From assembly GCA_041749075.1 (NCBI GenBank), contig JBGTBY010000035.1, positions 350,268 through 414,267 on the forward strand: a DNA stretch of 64,000 nucleotides. Reading direction: 5' to 3'. Every line of letters begins with the position of its first letter. The first letter of the stretch is position 1. The notes beneath the pieces were generated by a model that was not told the DNA's origin, did not search any database, and was given only the letters and a program-made list of their open reading frames with translations. Positions 20,125 to 28,999 of this stretch are shown piece after piece. Source of the stretch: Balneolales bacterium (GTDB lineage Bacteria; Bacteroidota; Rhodothermia; Balneolales; HLUCCA01). The position numbers and the translations under genes are program-made.

Positions 20125-20684
20125 GAGGTCAACCAGTTGCGCACCAGCTTCGGTCCTTCGACCGTCAGAATACTTTCAGGATGGAATTGGATGCCCTGAA
20201 CAGGATGTTCCGCATGCCGGAGTCCCATGATCACACCATCGTTCGTTTCGGCGGTGATGGTCAGGGATGCGGGCAGATCCTCCCTCCTTACCACCAACGA
20301 ATGATAGCGGGTGGCTGTGAATCCTTGGGGGATGTCGGCGAAAATGCGCTCACTATCATGAAAAATATCGGATGTTTTTCCATGCATGAGGGATGGCGCA
20401 TGCACGACCGCGCCACCATAAACCAGGCCGATGGCCTGATGTCCCAAGCACACGCCCAACATCGGAATCTTGTGTCCGAGCCGACGAATCAGCTCCACCA
20501 TGATGCCCGCATCCTCGGGTCGACCCGGACCCGGAGACAGCAGAATCTTCTCCGGATTCCAGTCTTCCACCTGATCCACCGTCACCACATCATTGCGTTC
20601 CACGCGATAGTCATCCGTATGCTGGGCAACAAGATGAACCAAGTTGTATGTGAAACTATCGTAATTATCGAGAATCAATATCAT
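20121..20684 (-). CDS. trpG: anthranilate synthase component II (glutamine amidotransferase)
   Basis: ILILDNYDSFTYNL, GVCLGHQ and QFHPES triad motifs. Confidence 0.9.
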   Translation of the reverse strand: MILILDNYDSFTYNLVHLVAQHTDDYRVERNDVVTVDQVEDWNPEKILLSPGPGRPEDAGIMVELIRRLGHKIPMLGVCLGHQAIGLVYGGAVVHAPSLMHGKTSDIFHDSERIFADIPQGFTATRYHSLVVRREDLPASLTITAETNDGVIMGLRHAEHPVQGIQFHPESILTVEGPKLVRNWLTS

Positions 20685-21661
20685 AGAGAAAATTGTCTAA
20701 GAATTCCGGTCGCTTCGCGGATGGGTTTCATGACGGATTCCGCCTTGGCTCGAGCCGCATCGCCTCCGGATTTGAGCACATCCAACACATGAGCTTCGTC
20801 GTTCTGTAATGCTTTTCTTTTTTCGCGAGCATCGTGAAAGTAATCTTCTAACAATCCCAATAAGTCCTTCTTCGCATGACCGTACCCATAACCACCTGCA
20901 CGGTATTTTCGTGCGATGTCGGCCGAAACGGATGCATCCGCAATAAGTCTGATCAGCGCGAACACATTGCAGGTCTCCGGATCCTTAGGTGATTCCAACG
21001 GCGTGGAATCGGTTTGAATCGACATCACTTTATCTTTCAGAACTTTTCCCTCATCGAAGATGCCAATCGTGTTGTCATAGGACTTGGACATTTTGCGACC
21101 GTCCACACCCGGCACCGTGGCCACTTCCTTCACAATATGGGCTTCTGGGAGCCGTAGTAGGTCCTCACCATACGTGTTGTTGAATTTGATGGCCAGGTCG
21201 CGTGTGATTTCAATATGCTGCTTCTGGTCCGCCCCTACAGGCACGAGGTCGGAATGATAGATCAATATATCCGCCGCTTGCAGGATGGGATAGGTGAACA
21301 AGCCCACATTCGCGCCGAGTCCTTGAGCGACTTTATCCTTATAGGACACGGCCTTTTCCATCAGGCTGACCGGACACATGGTTCCCAGAATCCAAGCCAG
21401 TTCGGTGACTTGCGGCACATCGCTTTGTACGAAAAACGTGCATTTGGATGGATCCAAGCCCAACGCCATATAATCGATGGCGATGTCGAGCGTATGGCGA
21501 CGCATCAGGGCGCCATCATGCCGCGAGGTCATCGCGTGATAATTCGCAATGAAATAATACGCCTCACCTTGGTTCTGAAGCGCGATATGCTGCTTCATGG
21601 CACCGAAATAGTTGCCGATGTGTAAACGTCCCGAAGGCGTAATGCCAGATAAGATGGTCAT
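20681..21661 (-). CDS. trpS: tryptophan--tRNA ligase
   Basis: Class I HIGH-type motif (GRLHIGNY) and KMSKS. 326 aa. 4-nt overlaps with trpE upstream and trpG downstream. Confidence 0.9.
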   Translation of the reverse strand: MTILSGITPSGRLHIGNYFGAMKQHIALQNQGEAYYFIANYHAMTSRHDGALMRRHTLDIAIDYMALGLDPSKCTFFVQSDVPQVTELAWILGTMCPVSLMEKAVSYKDKVAQGLGANVGLFTYPILQAADILIYHSDLVPVGADQKQHIEITRDLAIKFNNTYGEDLLRLPEAHIVKEVATVPGVDGRKMSKSYDNTIGIFDEGKVLKDKVMSIQTDSTPLESPKDPETCNVFALIRLIADASVSADIARKYRAGGYGYGHAKKDLLGLLEDYFHDAREKRKALQNDEAHVLDVLKSGGDAARAKAESVMKPIREATGILRQFSL

Positions 21662-23124
21662 GATGTCATGTTCAGTGCCAGGCTCAAGGCTTCCACCAAG
21701 GCTCCGGCTTTGTTCACGGTTTCGTCATATTCGTTTTGTGGCACTGAATCGGCCACGATTCCGGCTCCCGCTTGTATATAAACGGTATCGCGTGTGGCCA
21801 CCATCGTGCGGATCGCGATGCAGGTGTCCATATTCCCGCTGAAATCGAAATAACCTACGGCGCCGGCATACGGTCCGCGCTTGGTCGATTCCAAAGCATC
21901 AATGATTTGCATCGCCCTCACTTTCGGCGCGCCACTCACGGTACCGGCGGGGAAACACCATTTCAGAGCATCCACGGCTGATTTATCAGGCGCCAGGTCT
22001 CCCCTCACATCACTCACAATGTGCATCACATGGGAATAGCGGACCACGATTCGATCTCGAACCATATGAACACTCCCAGCTGTGGAAATTCTACTGAGAT
22101 CATTCCGACCCAGATCCACCAACATGATGTGTTCGGATAATTCTTTCGGGTCGGCCATCAGATCGGCTTCCAACGCCGCGTCTTCCTCATCACTTTTCCC
22201 GCGCTTGCGGGTTCCGGCGATCGGCAACACTTCGGCTTTCCCATCCTGTACGCGAACCAATACTTCTGGGGATGATCCCACTAACGCAAATCCATCAAAA
22301 TCCAGATAGAACAAGTACGGGGATGGATTCACCATTCGAAGCGCCCGATACAACATGAATCGATCGCCTGTGAATCCTTTGCTGAATCGCTGACTCAGCA
22401 CCACCTGGAAAATATCACCCTCATAAATATGGTTCTTTGCGGTTTCCACCATCTCGGTGAACCGCTCCGGACTCGTATTGCTTTTCAGAGGCTCCGGCGA
22501 CAAAGAAAATGGTGTGGAACCGGATTGGTCCCCCATCGCCACTTCCTGCATGCGATTCAATGATTCTTGCGCGGCATCATACGCGGCTTGAATGTCATCA
22601 TCCCCATTCAATCGAACCGTTTTGATCAGGATGATGCGGTGTTTCACATGGTCGAAGGCATACACTTCATCATAAAAGCCCCAAATGGCATCCGGCAGAC
22701 CCAGATCATCGTTCGGAACATCCGGAAGATGTTCGGTGAAGCGGACGGTATCATAACTCGAAAACCCGACCGCACCCGCTGTGAACCGAGGCAGATCATT
22801 GATTTTCGGCTCGCTGTATTCGTTCGTCAACTCATGAAGAACATCATAATAGTCGGATGCGGGATGGTCAGATGTCGCTCCATCGCGCTCGACACTGAGT
22901 TTTGCTTGGTTCAGACGAAGGGTCTGGTAGGGATTTCGACCGATGAACGAATACCGAGCCAGGTGCTCGCCCCCTTCCACCGATTCGAGCAAAAAAGGGA
23001 ACGTGGCGCCGTTCCGGATCCTCAAAAACAAAGACACCGGCGTAAGCATATCGGCCAGCAACATCCGGTGGACCGGAATGGCCGTGTGTGTTTTCGCATA
23101 CTTTTGGAAGGTCTCGAACGTCAT
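21658..23124 (-). CDS. trpE: anthranilate synthase component I
   Basis: Chorismate-binding domain (GDIFQVVLSQRF, GAPKVRAMQII, YAGAVGYF). Confidence 0.9.
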   Translation of the reverse strand: MTFETFQKYAKTHTAIPVHRMLLADMLTPVSLFLRIRNGATFPFLLESVEGGEHLARYSFIGRNPYQTLRLNQAKLSVERDGATSDHPASDYYDVLHELTNEYSEPKINDLPRFTAGAVGFSSYDTVRFTEHLPDVPNDDLGLPDAIWGFYDEVYAFDHVKHRIILIKTVRLNGDDDIQAAYDAAQESLNRMQEVAMGDQSGSTPFSLSPEPLKSNTSPERFTEMVETAKNHIYEGDIFQVVLSQRFSKGFTGDRFMLYRALRMVNPSPYLFYLDFDGFALVGSSPEVLVRVQDGKAEVLPIAGTRKRGKSDEEDAALEADLMADPKELSEHIMLVDLGRNDLSRISTAGSVHMVRDRIVVRYSHVMHIVSDVRGDLAPDKSAVDALKWCFPAGTVSGAPKVRAMQIIDALESTKRGPYAGAVGYFDFSGNMDTCIAIRTMVATRDTVYIQAGAGIVADSVPQNEYDETVNKAGALVEALSLALNMTS

Positions 23125-23149
23125 AAAGGTTTACTCAAGCAGAAAAGAC

Positions 23150-23185
23150 AAAAAAAAGCCCGCATCAGCATACTGAAGCGGGCTT
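23150..23185 (-). terminator. intrinsic terminator of the trp attenuator
   Basis: On the minus strand: AAGCCCGC-(loop)-GCGGGCTT followed by an 8-T run, 25 nt upstream of the trpE ATG. Confidence 0.75.
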
Positions 23186-23232
23186 GGGAGAATGTCGGAA
23201 TTTGTTAGATACACACCATCAGCCATACCGCT

Positions 23233-23280
23233 TCACGCGATTGGCCACCACCAAGGATTGTTGGAATGGATGTGTTTCAT
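23233..23280 (-). CDS. trp leader peptide, 15 aa (MKHIHSNNPWWWPIA)
   Basis: Below the ORF-track length cutoff. ATG at 23280, three consecutive TGG codons, TGA at 23235-23233, directly upstream of the terminator hairpin and trpE. Confidence 0.75.
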   Translation of the reverse strand: MKHIHSNNPWWWPIA

Positions 23281-23345
23281 GATGGGTTGAAATTATTGCA
23301 ATAGGCAACGAATTGCAAATTTGGTTATACTTGAAACTCATAAAA

Positions 23346-24155
23346 ATGGTGATTTTGCAACGTATCCGGTTTATTCCCCTGCTTTTTTCACTGGCGTTCC
23401 TATCGTGCGATTCGGAACCCGGTCTACCTACCCAGAGTCCTTCCGATTACCGACTCTCCCAACTGACGATCCAACCGAACCCGATCGTGTTCCTACCCGA
23501 GCAATCGGTCAAAGACACGACTGTGCAGGTGAGGTTCCAAGTTCGGGTGATGGATGGTGTCGCCGTCGGACCAAATCCTACTGTGCTGGTCTTCGATCCA
23601 TCGAACGATGTCGCGGTCGTGGAAACCTTGATGACGCCCGTTACCGGGTCCACCGATTTGTATGAACATGTGATGTCGATCTCCACAACCACTATCTCCT
23701 TCCGATCTTTCAATGTGTCTGTATATATGGTGGATGTGGACGTTCCCGTATCCAACAGCATTAGCGGTCAGGTATCCATCACCGGATTCTCAACCGGCCG
23801 ACCCATTCTTCTTTTCGAGCAAACTCCTGCGACCGTTACCATACCTTCATCCGGACAACAGTCCTTCGATCTTAAAGCAAAAGTGGCCCACCCGAATGGA
23901 TTGAGCGTGATCGAACGGGTTGAAGTGGCCATCCGCGGACAGAACGGGGTCGCGCTAAACGGTTCCCCTTTTCAACTGTTCGATGACGGAAACCTGGGCA
24001 CCAACGGGGATGTCACCCCAGGCGACAGTTTGTTCACACGGCGTTTCGTGATTTCCTCGAGCAACAATCCCGATACCTATACCCTGAAATACGTGGCGAT
24101 CGACCGTTTCGGAGCGGCAAGCGACACCCTTACCGCCACCATGAGGTTCCAGTGA
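23346..24155 (+). CDS. lipoprotein with two Ig-like beta-sandwich-type segments (hypothetical)
   Basis: Lipobox AFLSC. Beta-rich, with an LFDDGN...GDVTPGD motif. Its stop overlaps the GTG start of the next gene. Confidence 0.5.
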   Translation: MVILQRIRFIPLLFSLAFLSCDSEPGLPTQSPSDYRLSQLTIQPNPIVFLPEQSVKDTTVQVRFQVRVMDGVAVGPNPTVLVFDPSNDVAVVETLMTPVTGSTDLYEHVMSISTTTISFRSFNVSVYMVDVDVPVSNSISGQVSITGFSTGRPILLFEQTPATVTIPSSGQQSFDLKAKVAHPNGLSVIERVEVAIRGQNGVALNGSPFQLFDDGNLGTNGDVTPGDSLFTRRFVISSSNNPDTYTLKYVAIDRFGAASDTLTATMRFQ

Positions 24156-25717
24156 TCCGAGTTCTTCTCTTATTTCTTTTGTTGATAGGGCCATCTGTGA
24201 TGAGTGCGCAGATCTATGGTCCTCGTCCGGAGCAAATGGCCCCGTTCATCCAGAACAGCATTTCGAACATGGCGGCATTCGGAGACACCTTATGGGTGGG
24301 TCCGTCGCTGAACCGGAACATCGGGCATGCCAACAGTTGGTATGTGGCTGAAAACGCCGATACCGTGATCAATGGACCAGGCCGATTGTTTTCGATCTCT
24401 CTCGGGCAGGATACGATCGTGGCAGGCCTGGGGTTCTCCAAGGAAGTTGGCGACGCGTCGGTACAGACCGCTCTTGGTTTTTATGTGAGCGTGGACGGAG
24501 GCGACCAATGGCGGTATATAGAGCCACCATTGGATGCACTGGATGCGGATTCGATCTTATATGGTGGTCGCTACCTCGATGCCTTGCCGATCGTGGTGCC
24601 GGAACAATCGCCGCCATACAACGTGGATTTTCGCGGGGATGTGATCTTTTCGGCGTCGTGGGCCTCGGGAATCCGCCGTTCGACGGATTTCGGCTTCACT
24701 TGGGAGCGCATCCTTCTGCCTCCTACCGAGCTGGATTCCTTGGTTCCAGAACAGACGTATGATTTTTACTTCGATCCGCGCGTTCCTCAAAGCGGCTCTC
24801 CCAACCTCCCCATGTTCCGCAACGGCTGGCAGAACTTCCTCGGATTCAGTGTGATGATCGATGGCATCGGGCGTGTTTGGGCCGGAAGCGCAGGCGGCAT
24901 CAACGTATCCGACAATGCGCTGACCGCTCCTGCCGATTCCATCCGCTGGCGTCATTTCCGGGCCGGAACCGGATCCACCAACATGATGGGCAATTGGATC
25001 ATCCGCATCCGCGAACATCCTCTTACTGATGATGTCTGGATGACGAATTGGATCACCGGTGAAGGGGAATCACAAGGAATCGTGGCCACATCCGACGGCG
25101 GACTCACCTTCCGTCGCTATCTGGAAGGCGAGCGAATCAACGACATCGGATTTCATCATGGGAAGATTTTCGCGGCTGGCGAATTCAACCTGTTCATCAG
25201 TTCGGATGATGGTCAGACCTGGGAGCAACGCACCGGTATCCGATCGACGAACGCACGGCTCAAGCCCAATGCATCGTTCCGTACCATCGCCGCGACCACA
25301 TCCCGCATCTATATCGGAACCAGCGACGGACTCATTTCAACCACGGATGGTGGAGAAACTTGGGACATCCAACGCGTCGATTTCCCATTATCTGGAAACA
25401 ATATCCATACCGATGTGAATCGGGAAACAACCCATTATGCCTACCCCAATCCGTACAGCCGCACACAGCATGATGTGGTTCGGATCCGTTTCGAAGCTCA
25501 AGCCGGCGTGCCATCCTCCATCACCTTATATGATTTCGGCATGAACCCCATCCGAACCATTCGAACGAATGGCGCGTCCATCGGCGTTTCGGGTGTGTAT
25601 GAAGCGGAATGGGATGGATTGGATGGTGCTGGACGCAAAGTCGCGAATGGTCCTGTCTTCTATCGGATCGATGCGGGTGGATCCATCTTGAACGGTAAAC
25701 TTCTGGTGCTCGACTGA
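24152..25717 (+). CDS. BNR/Asp-box repeat beta-propeller protein with a T9SS-type C-terminal sorting domain
   Basis: Signal peptide. Five SxDxGxTW-type Asp-boxes (SVDGGDQW, STDFGFTW, TSDGGLTF, SSDDGQTW, TTDGGETW). C-terminal YPNPYS...ITLYDFGMNPIRT...WDGLDGAGRKVANGPVFYRI...GKLLVLD resembles the Por secretion tail. Confidence 0.7.
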   Translation: MIRVLLLFLLLIGPSVMSAQIYGPRPEQMAPFIQNSISNMAAFGDTLWVGPSLNRNIGHANSWYVAENADTVINGPGRLFSISLGQDTIVAGLGFSKEVGDASVQTALGFYVSVDGGDQWRYIEPPLDALDADSILYGGRYLDALPIVVPEQSPPYNVDFRGDVIFSASWASGIRRSTDFGFTWERILLPPTELDSLVPEQTYDFYFDPRVPQSGSPNLPMFRNGWQNFLGFSVMIDGIGRVWAGSAGGINVSDNALTAPADSIRWRHFRAGTGSTNMMGNWIIRIREHPLTDDVWMTNWITGEGESQGIVATSDGGLTFRRYLEGERINDIGFHHGKIFAAGEFNLFISSDDGQTWEQRTGIRSTNARLKPNASFRTIAATTSRIYIGTSDGLISTTDGGETWDIQRVDFPLSGNNIHTDVNRETTHYAYPNPYSRTQHDVVRIRFEAQAGVPSSITLYDFGMNPIRTIRTNGASIGVSGVYEAEWDGLDGAGRKVANGPVFYRIDAGGSILNGKLLVLD

Positions 25718-26718
25718 TGCGTATTCCAATTCTTCTATGCTTTTTTACGATGTCGGCTCCTTTGATGGCTCAATCGGGTCAGTTTGCCGGAGCGCCATTT
25801 CGTGTGGGTCATTCAGCGTATGCGATGTCGTTGGGCAACGCAATGACGGCTTCTGGAAACTCGGCCATGTCGTATTTCAATCCGGCCCTTGCGGCAACAG
25901 CTGGTGCGAAACAGCTTGAAATAAGCACCGCTTTGATGTCGTTCGATCGGAAATTGAGCGGACTCACCTTCACGACGAATCTCCCTCCTAAAGCCGGACT
26001 CACCATCGGCTTGGTCCACAGCGGAGTCAGCCATTTCGATGGACGAACCCTTAGCGGGTATCCGACCGAGCGATTCGGCATCTACGAGGCGCAACTCTTC
26101 ACGCAATTCGGAATTCGTGCGGGTAAAAACACCCAATTGGGAGTCGGTATCAAGATTTCGATGGCGAATTATGGAAACAATGTGGATCCAGCCAGATCCG
26201 TGTCATTGGATTTAGGGCTACGCCGGCAATTGTCTGAGAATGCCGCTTGGGGCATCACCGTTCAGGACATGATCGGGTCCTACACGTGGAACACTCAGGA
26301 TTTGTGGGGAACCGTTGGATCCAACCAGCAGGTCGACAAATTTCCGATGCGGCTGAAAACTGGCTTCGAGTACCAGATCAAGCCACTCAACGTGGTGGCG
26401 TATGGCGAGCTGGAACGGCGTGTATTGTTCGCTTCCTATGAGGACGTCAGCCTGACCACATCCCTTGGTGAACCGTTCTTGATTCGCGAAACAGTCGACA
26501 TCACCAATAAAGAGGATTTCCTCCGACTCGGCGCCGAATGGTTCGCCCATGAACGCCTGCGTGTCCGCGCCGGGTGGCAAAGTGACGACCGTTGGGCGGC
26601 GGGGTTCAGCCTCGTAATCCCGGTCCAACGTTACATCCCGGTGATTGATTACACCGTGGCCAGCGAACCCGGACGCGTGAGCATCCTCCATCAATTCGCA
26701 TTCCGATTCCAATTATGA
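25717..26718 (+). CDS. outer-membrane beta-barrel, PorV/PorQ-like
   Basis: Signal peptide ending in AQS. The N-terminal GHSAYAMSLGNAMTA...YFNPALA pattern is like the PorV/PorQ family. Alternating beta-strand pattern. 1-nt overlap with the upstream gene. Confidence 0.5.
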   Translation: MRIPILLCFFTMSAPLMAQSGQFAGAPFRVGHSAYAMSLGNAMTASGNSAMSYFNPALAATAGAKQLEISTALMSFDRKLSGLTFTTNLPPKAGLTIGLVHSGVSHFDGRTLSGYPTERFGIYEAQLFTQFGIRAGKNTQLGVGIKISMANYGNNVDPARSVSLDLGLRRQLSENAAWGITVQDMIGSYTWNTQDLWGTVGSNQQVDKFPMRLKTGFEYQIKPLNVVAYGELERRVLFASYEDVSLTTSLGEPFLIRETVDITNKEDFLRLGAEWFAHERLRVRAGWQSDDRWAAGFSLVIPVQRYIPVIDYTVASEPGRVSILHQFAFRFQL

Positions 26719-27623
26719 GATCGATCTTATTTCTGTTGATCCTCGGCCTGCCGCTTTCCGTTGCCTCACAATCCGACGGTGGCCTGCGTTTCTTGTCGAT
26801 CGGCACCGACCCGGTTCAACTCGCAAGCGCCGAAACGATGGCCGCATCCACGACCGGTGCAAAGACTCTCTTTGCGAATCCGGCTCTGATGGGATTTGAA
26901 TCGGGCTCGTCTCTCGGTTTGTCGAACACGTTTTGGCTCGATGGTGCCTATAACCGCACCGCTGCCTGGGTTCAACCATCCCGATTCGGCACCTTCGGAT
27001 TCGGTGTGCTTTCGTCATCCGTTTCAAATATCGAAGCGCGGCAAACCCCGGGTCCGCCGGATGGCACGTTCAATGTCACGTATTTGTCGTTCACAGGTGG
27101 CTATGCGAGACAATTTGGAGCGGTATCGGTCGGCGTGAACGCGTCATGGCTGTCAGAGCAGATCTTCGACCGCTCCGCAACAGGTTACAGCGTCGGTGGC
27201 GGTATTGCCGCGAAATTGCTGGACGATCGCATCCGCCTTGGGTCAACGGTTCAGCACATCGGGAAGATGGACCCCTTGATCACTGAATCCTCACCCCTTC
27301 CATCGATCTGGAGAACCGGCGTACGGGCCGATATCATCCAATTCTCCGTGAACGGCTCGTCTGAAATCCCCATCATCATTTCCACCGCCGCCGATGTGCA
27401 CGTGCCATTGGATGATGATGCCGCGTATGTTTCCGCCGCCATGAATGTGACGGTTTCGGACGTGTTGACCTTCTATGGCGGAATTCGCTCGGGCGATACC
27501 CGTCGTCCCTTCGGCACAGGGATGTCCATCCAATGGCAGAAGTTCCGTTTCGCATACGCCTTGGTGCCGTTTGATGCTGGTTTCGGCATGACCCATACCT
27601 TGGGCATCAACATCGGCATTTGA
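26715..27623 (+). CDS. outer-membrane beta-barrel, PorV/PorQ-like (second copy)
   Basis: Signal peptide. FLSIGTDPVQLASAETMAA...FANPALMG pattern. ATGA overlap with the preceding barrel gene. Confidence 0.5.
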   Translation: MRSILFLLILGLPLSVASQSDGGLRFLSIGTDPVQLASAETMAASTTGAKTLFANPALMGFESGSSLGLSNTFWLDGAYNRTAAWVQPSRFGTFGFGVLSSSVSNIEARQTPGPPDGTFNVTYLSFTGGYARQFGAVSVGVNASWLSEQIFDRSATGYSVGGGIAAKLLDDRIRLGSTVQHIGKMDPLITESSPLPSIWRTGVRADIIQFSVNGSSEIPIIISTAADVHVPLDDDAAYVSAAMNVTVSDVLTFYGGIRSGDTRRPFGTGMSIQWQKFRFAYALVPFDAGFGMTHTLGINIGI

Positions 27624-27686
27624 AAAAAAACGCTAAAGAAACGCAGTAACCGAATACGGGCACTGGCTGTTCGCTATTTTGCGTGC

Positions 27687-28199
27687 ATGAAATCAGCTCT
27701 GTTTTCCGCCCTCGTTATTCTGTCGGTCCTTTCGTGCTCCAATGAGGAGTTGGTCTTGCGTCCAGCCCCGGAAATCGAATGGGTATCGATCGAAAAAGGC
27801 TTGAAGGATGCGAAAGACAGTGATAAGAAGATCTTGGTCAACGTGTACACCGACTGGTGCGATTTCTGCAAGAAAATGACGAATACGGTGTACCCCGATT
27901 CGACCGTGCGATCCAGTGTGTATGAACATTTCGTCTCCGTGGGATTGAATGCGGAATCCGAGAAGATGGTGCGATATCAGGGTGAAGATCTCACCGAAAA
28001 ACAACTGGCCCGAAAATTGGGTATCCGCTCCTATCCGACCATGCTCTTCTTGAATTCGGATGGAGAATTGATTCTGCAGTCGAACGGGTACATGCCAGCG
28101 AACGATTTCAACCGGATGTTGATGTACATGGGCTCGAACGCCTATCTGACGATGGAATTCATCGATTACGTGCCCGACAACAGCACGGCGAAACGTTAG
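27687..28199 (+). CDS. secreted thioredoxin-fold protein
   Basis: Signal peptide, then a WCDFCKKM (CxxC) active-site motif in a thioredoxin-like/DUF255-like context. Confidence 0.7.
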   Translation: MKSALFSALVILSVLSCSNEELVLRPAPEIEWVSIEKGLKDAKDSDKKILVNVYTDWCDFCKKMTNTVYPDSTVRSSVYEHFVSVGLNAESEKMVRYQGEDLTEKQLARKLGIRSYPTMLFLNSDGELILQSNGYMPANDFNRMLMYMGSNAYLTMEFIDYVPDNSTAKR

Positions 28200-28999
28200 T
28201 CCGTCGGGGTCGGATCGTCGCTCATGAACTCGGTCCAGAATTGGATGAGCCCAGTGAACAACCCTTTTCCAATGTATGCCACCATCGCAATGATGAGTCC
28301 GTCTTCTCTGAAAAAGACAAGCAAGGCGGTTGATGCCGCAAACCAATACACTTTGAATTTATCGACAGGCTGGCCACGCTGAAATCGAGGAAGTTTGTCG
28401 AACGGCACCGCACTGACCATCAGAACAGAAAGCAAGATGGTCATCGGAATCAGCACTTGGTTCAATCCGTTTTCAAGGAACAGGAACCATTCCGGTACAT
28501 CGCGGAAAAACAAATAGAATGAGACCACCATGCCGGCTTGAACCGGAATCGGCATACCTCTGAAATGAGACGGAGATTCCTCCACTTTCGCTTCCACATT
28601 GAAACGAGCCAACCGGATCGCACCGCACATGGCGGGTAACGCAGCCAAAAGAATGCCAACAGGCTGTGTCAACGCGAACAAACCATACTTATACAAGAGC
28701 AAGCCTGGAGCCACGCCAAACGAAACGACATCACTCAGGGAATCCAATTCGGCGCCGAATTGTCCGGATGAACTGGTTAGGCGGGCCATGAACCCATCCA
28801 AGCCATCGAACACACCAGCGAAAACGATCAACCAAGCACCATTCACCAGTTTTCCTTCTGAAATCATGACGATGGCCATGAATCCGCAGAAAAGGTTCAT
28901 CAAGGTGAAGAAGCTCGGCACCACACCTTTGGGTATCGGCTTCTGAAACCGCGGTTTGATGCGGCTTTGATAACGTTCTCTGACCGTACTGTTGCTCAT
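28196..28999 (-). CDS. pssA: CDP-diacylglycerol--serine O-phosphatidyltransferase
   Basis: CDP-alcohol phosphatidyltransferase motif DGLDGFMAR...G...D...D. Multi-TM. Immediately downstream of psd. Confidence 0.8.
   Translation of the reverse strand: MSNSTVRERYQSRIKPRFQKPIPKGVVPSFFTLMNLFCGFMAIVMISEGKLVNGAWLIVFAGVFDGLDGFMARLTSSSGQFGAELDSLSDVVSFGVAPGLLLYKYGLFALTQPVGILLAALPAMCGAIRLARFNVEAKVEESPSHFRGMPIPVQAGMVVSFYLFFRDVPEWFLFLENGLNQVLIPMTILLSVLMVSAVPFDKLPRFQRGQPVDKFKVYWFAASTALLVFFREDGLIIAMVAYIGKGLFTGLIQFWTEFMSDDPTPTD

Larger units (their letters stand above)
23150..23280 (-). promoter_or_regulatory. ribosome-mediated transcription attenuator of the trp operon
   Basis: A leader ORF with WWW, followed by a possible antiterminator: UGAAGCGG (plus-strand coordinates 23228-23235, overlapping the leader stop codon) is complementary to CCGCUUCA (23174-23181). 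The latter shares its CCGC with the 5' arm of the terminator stem. Confidence 0.7.
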
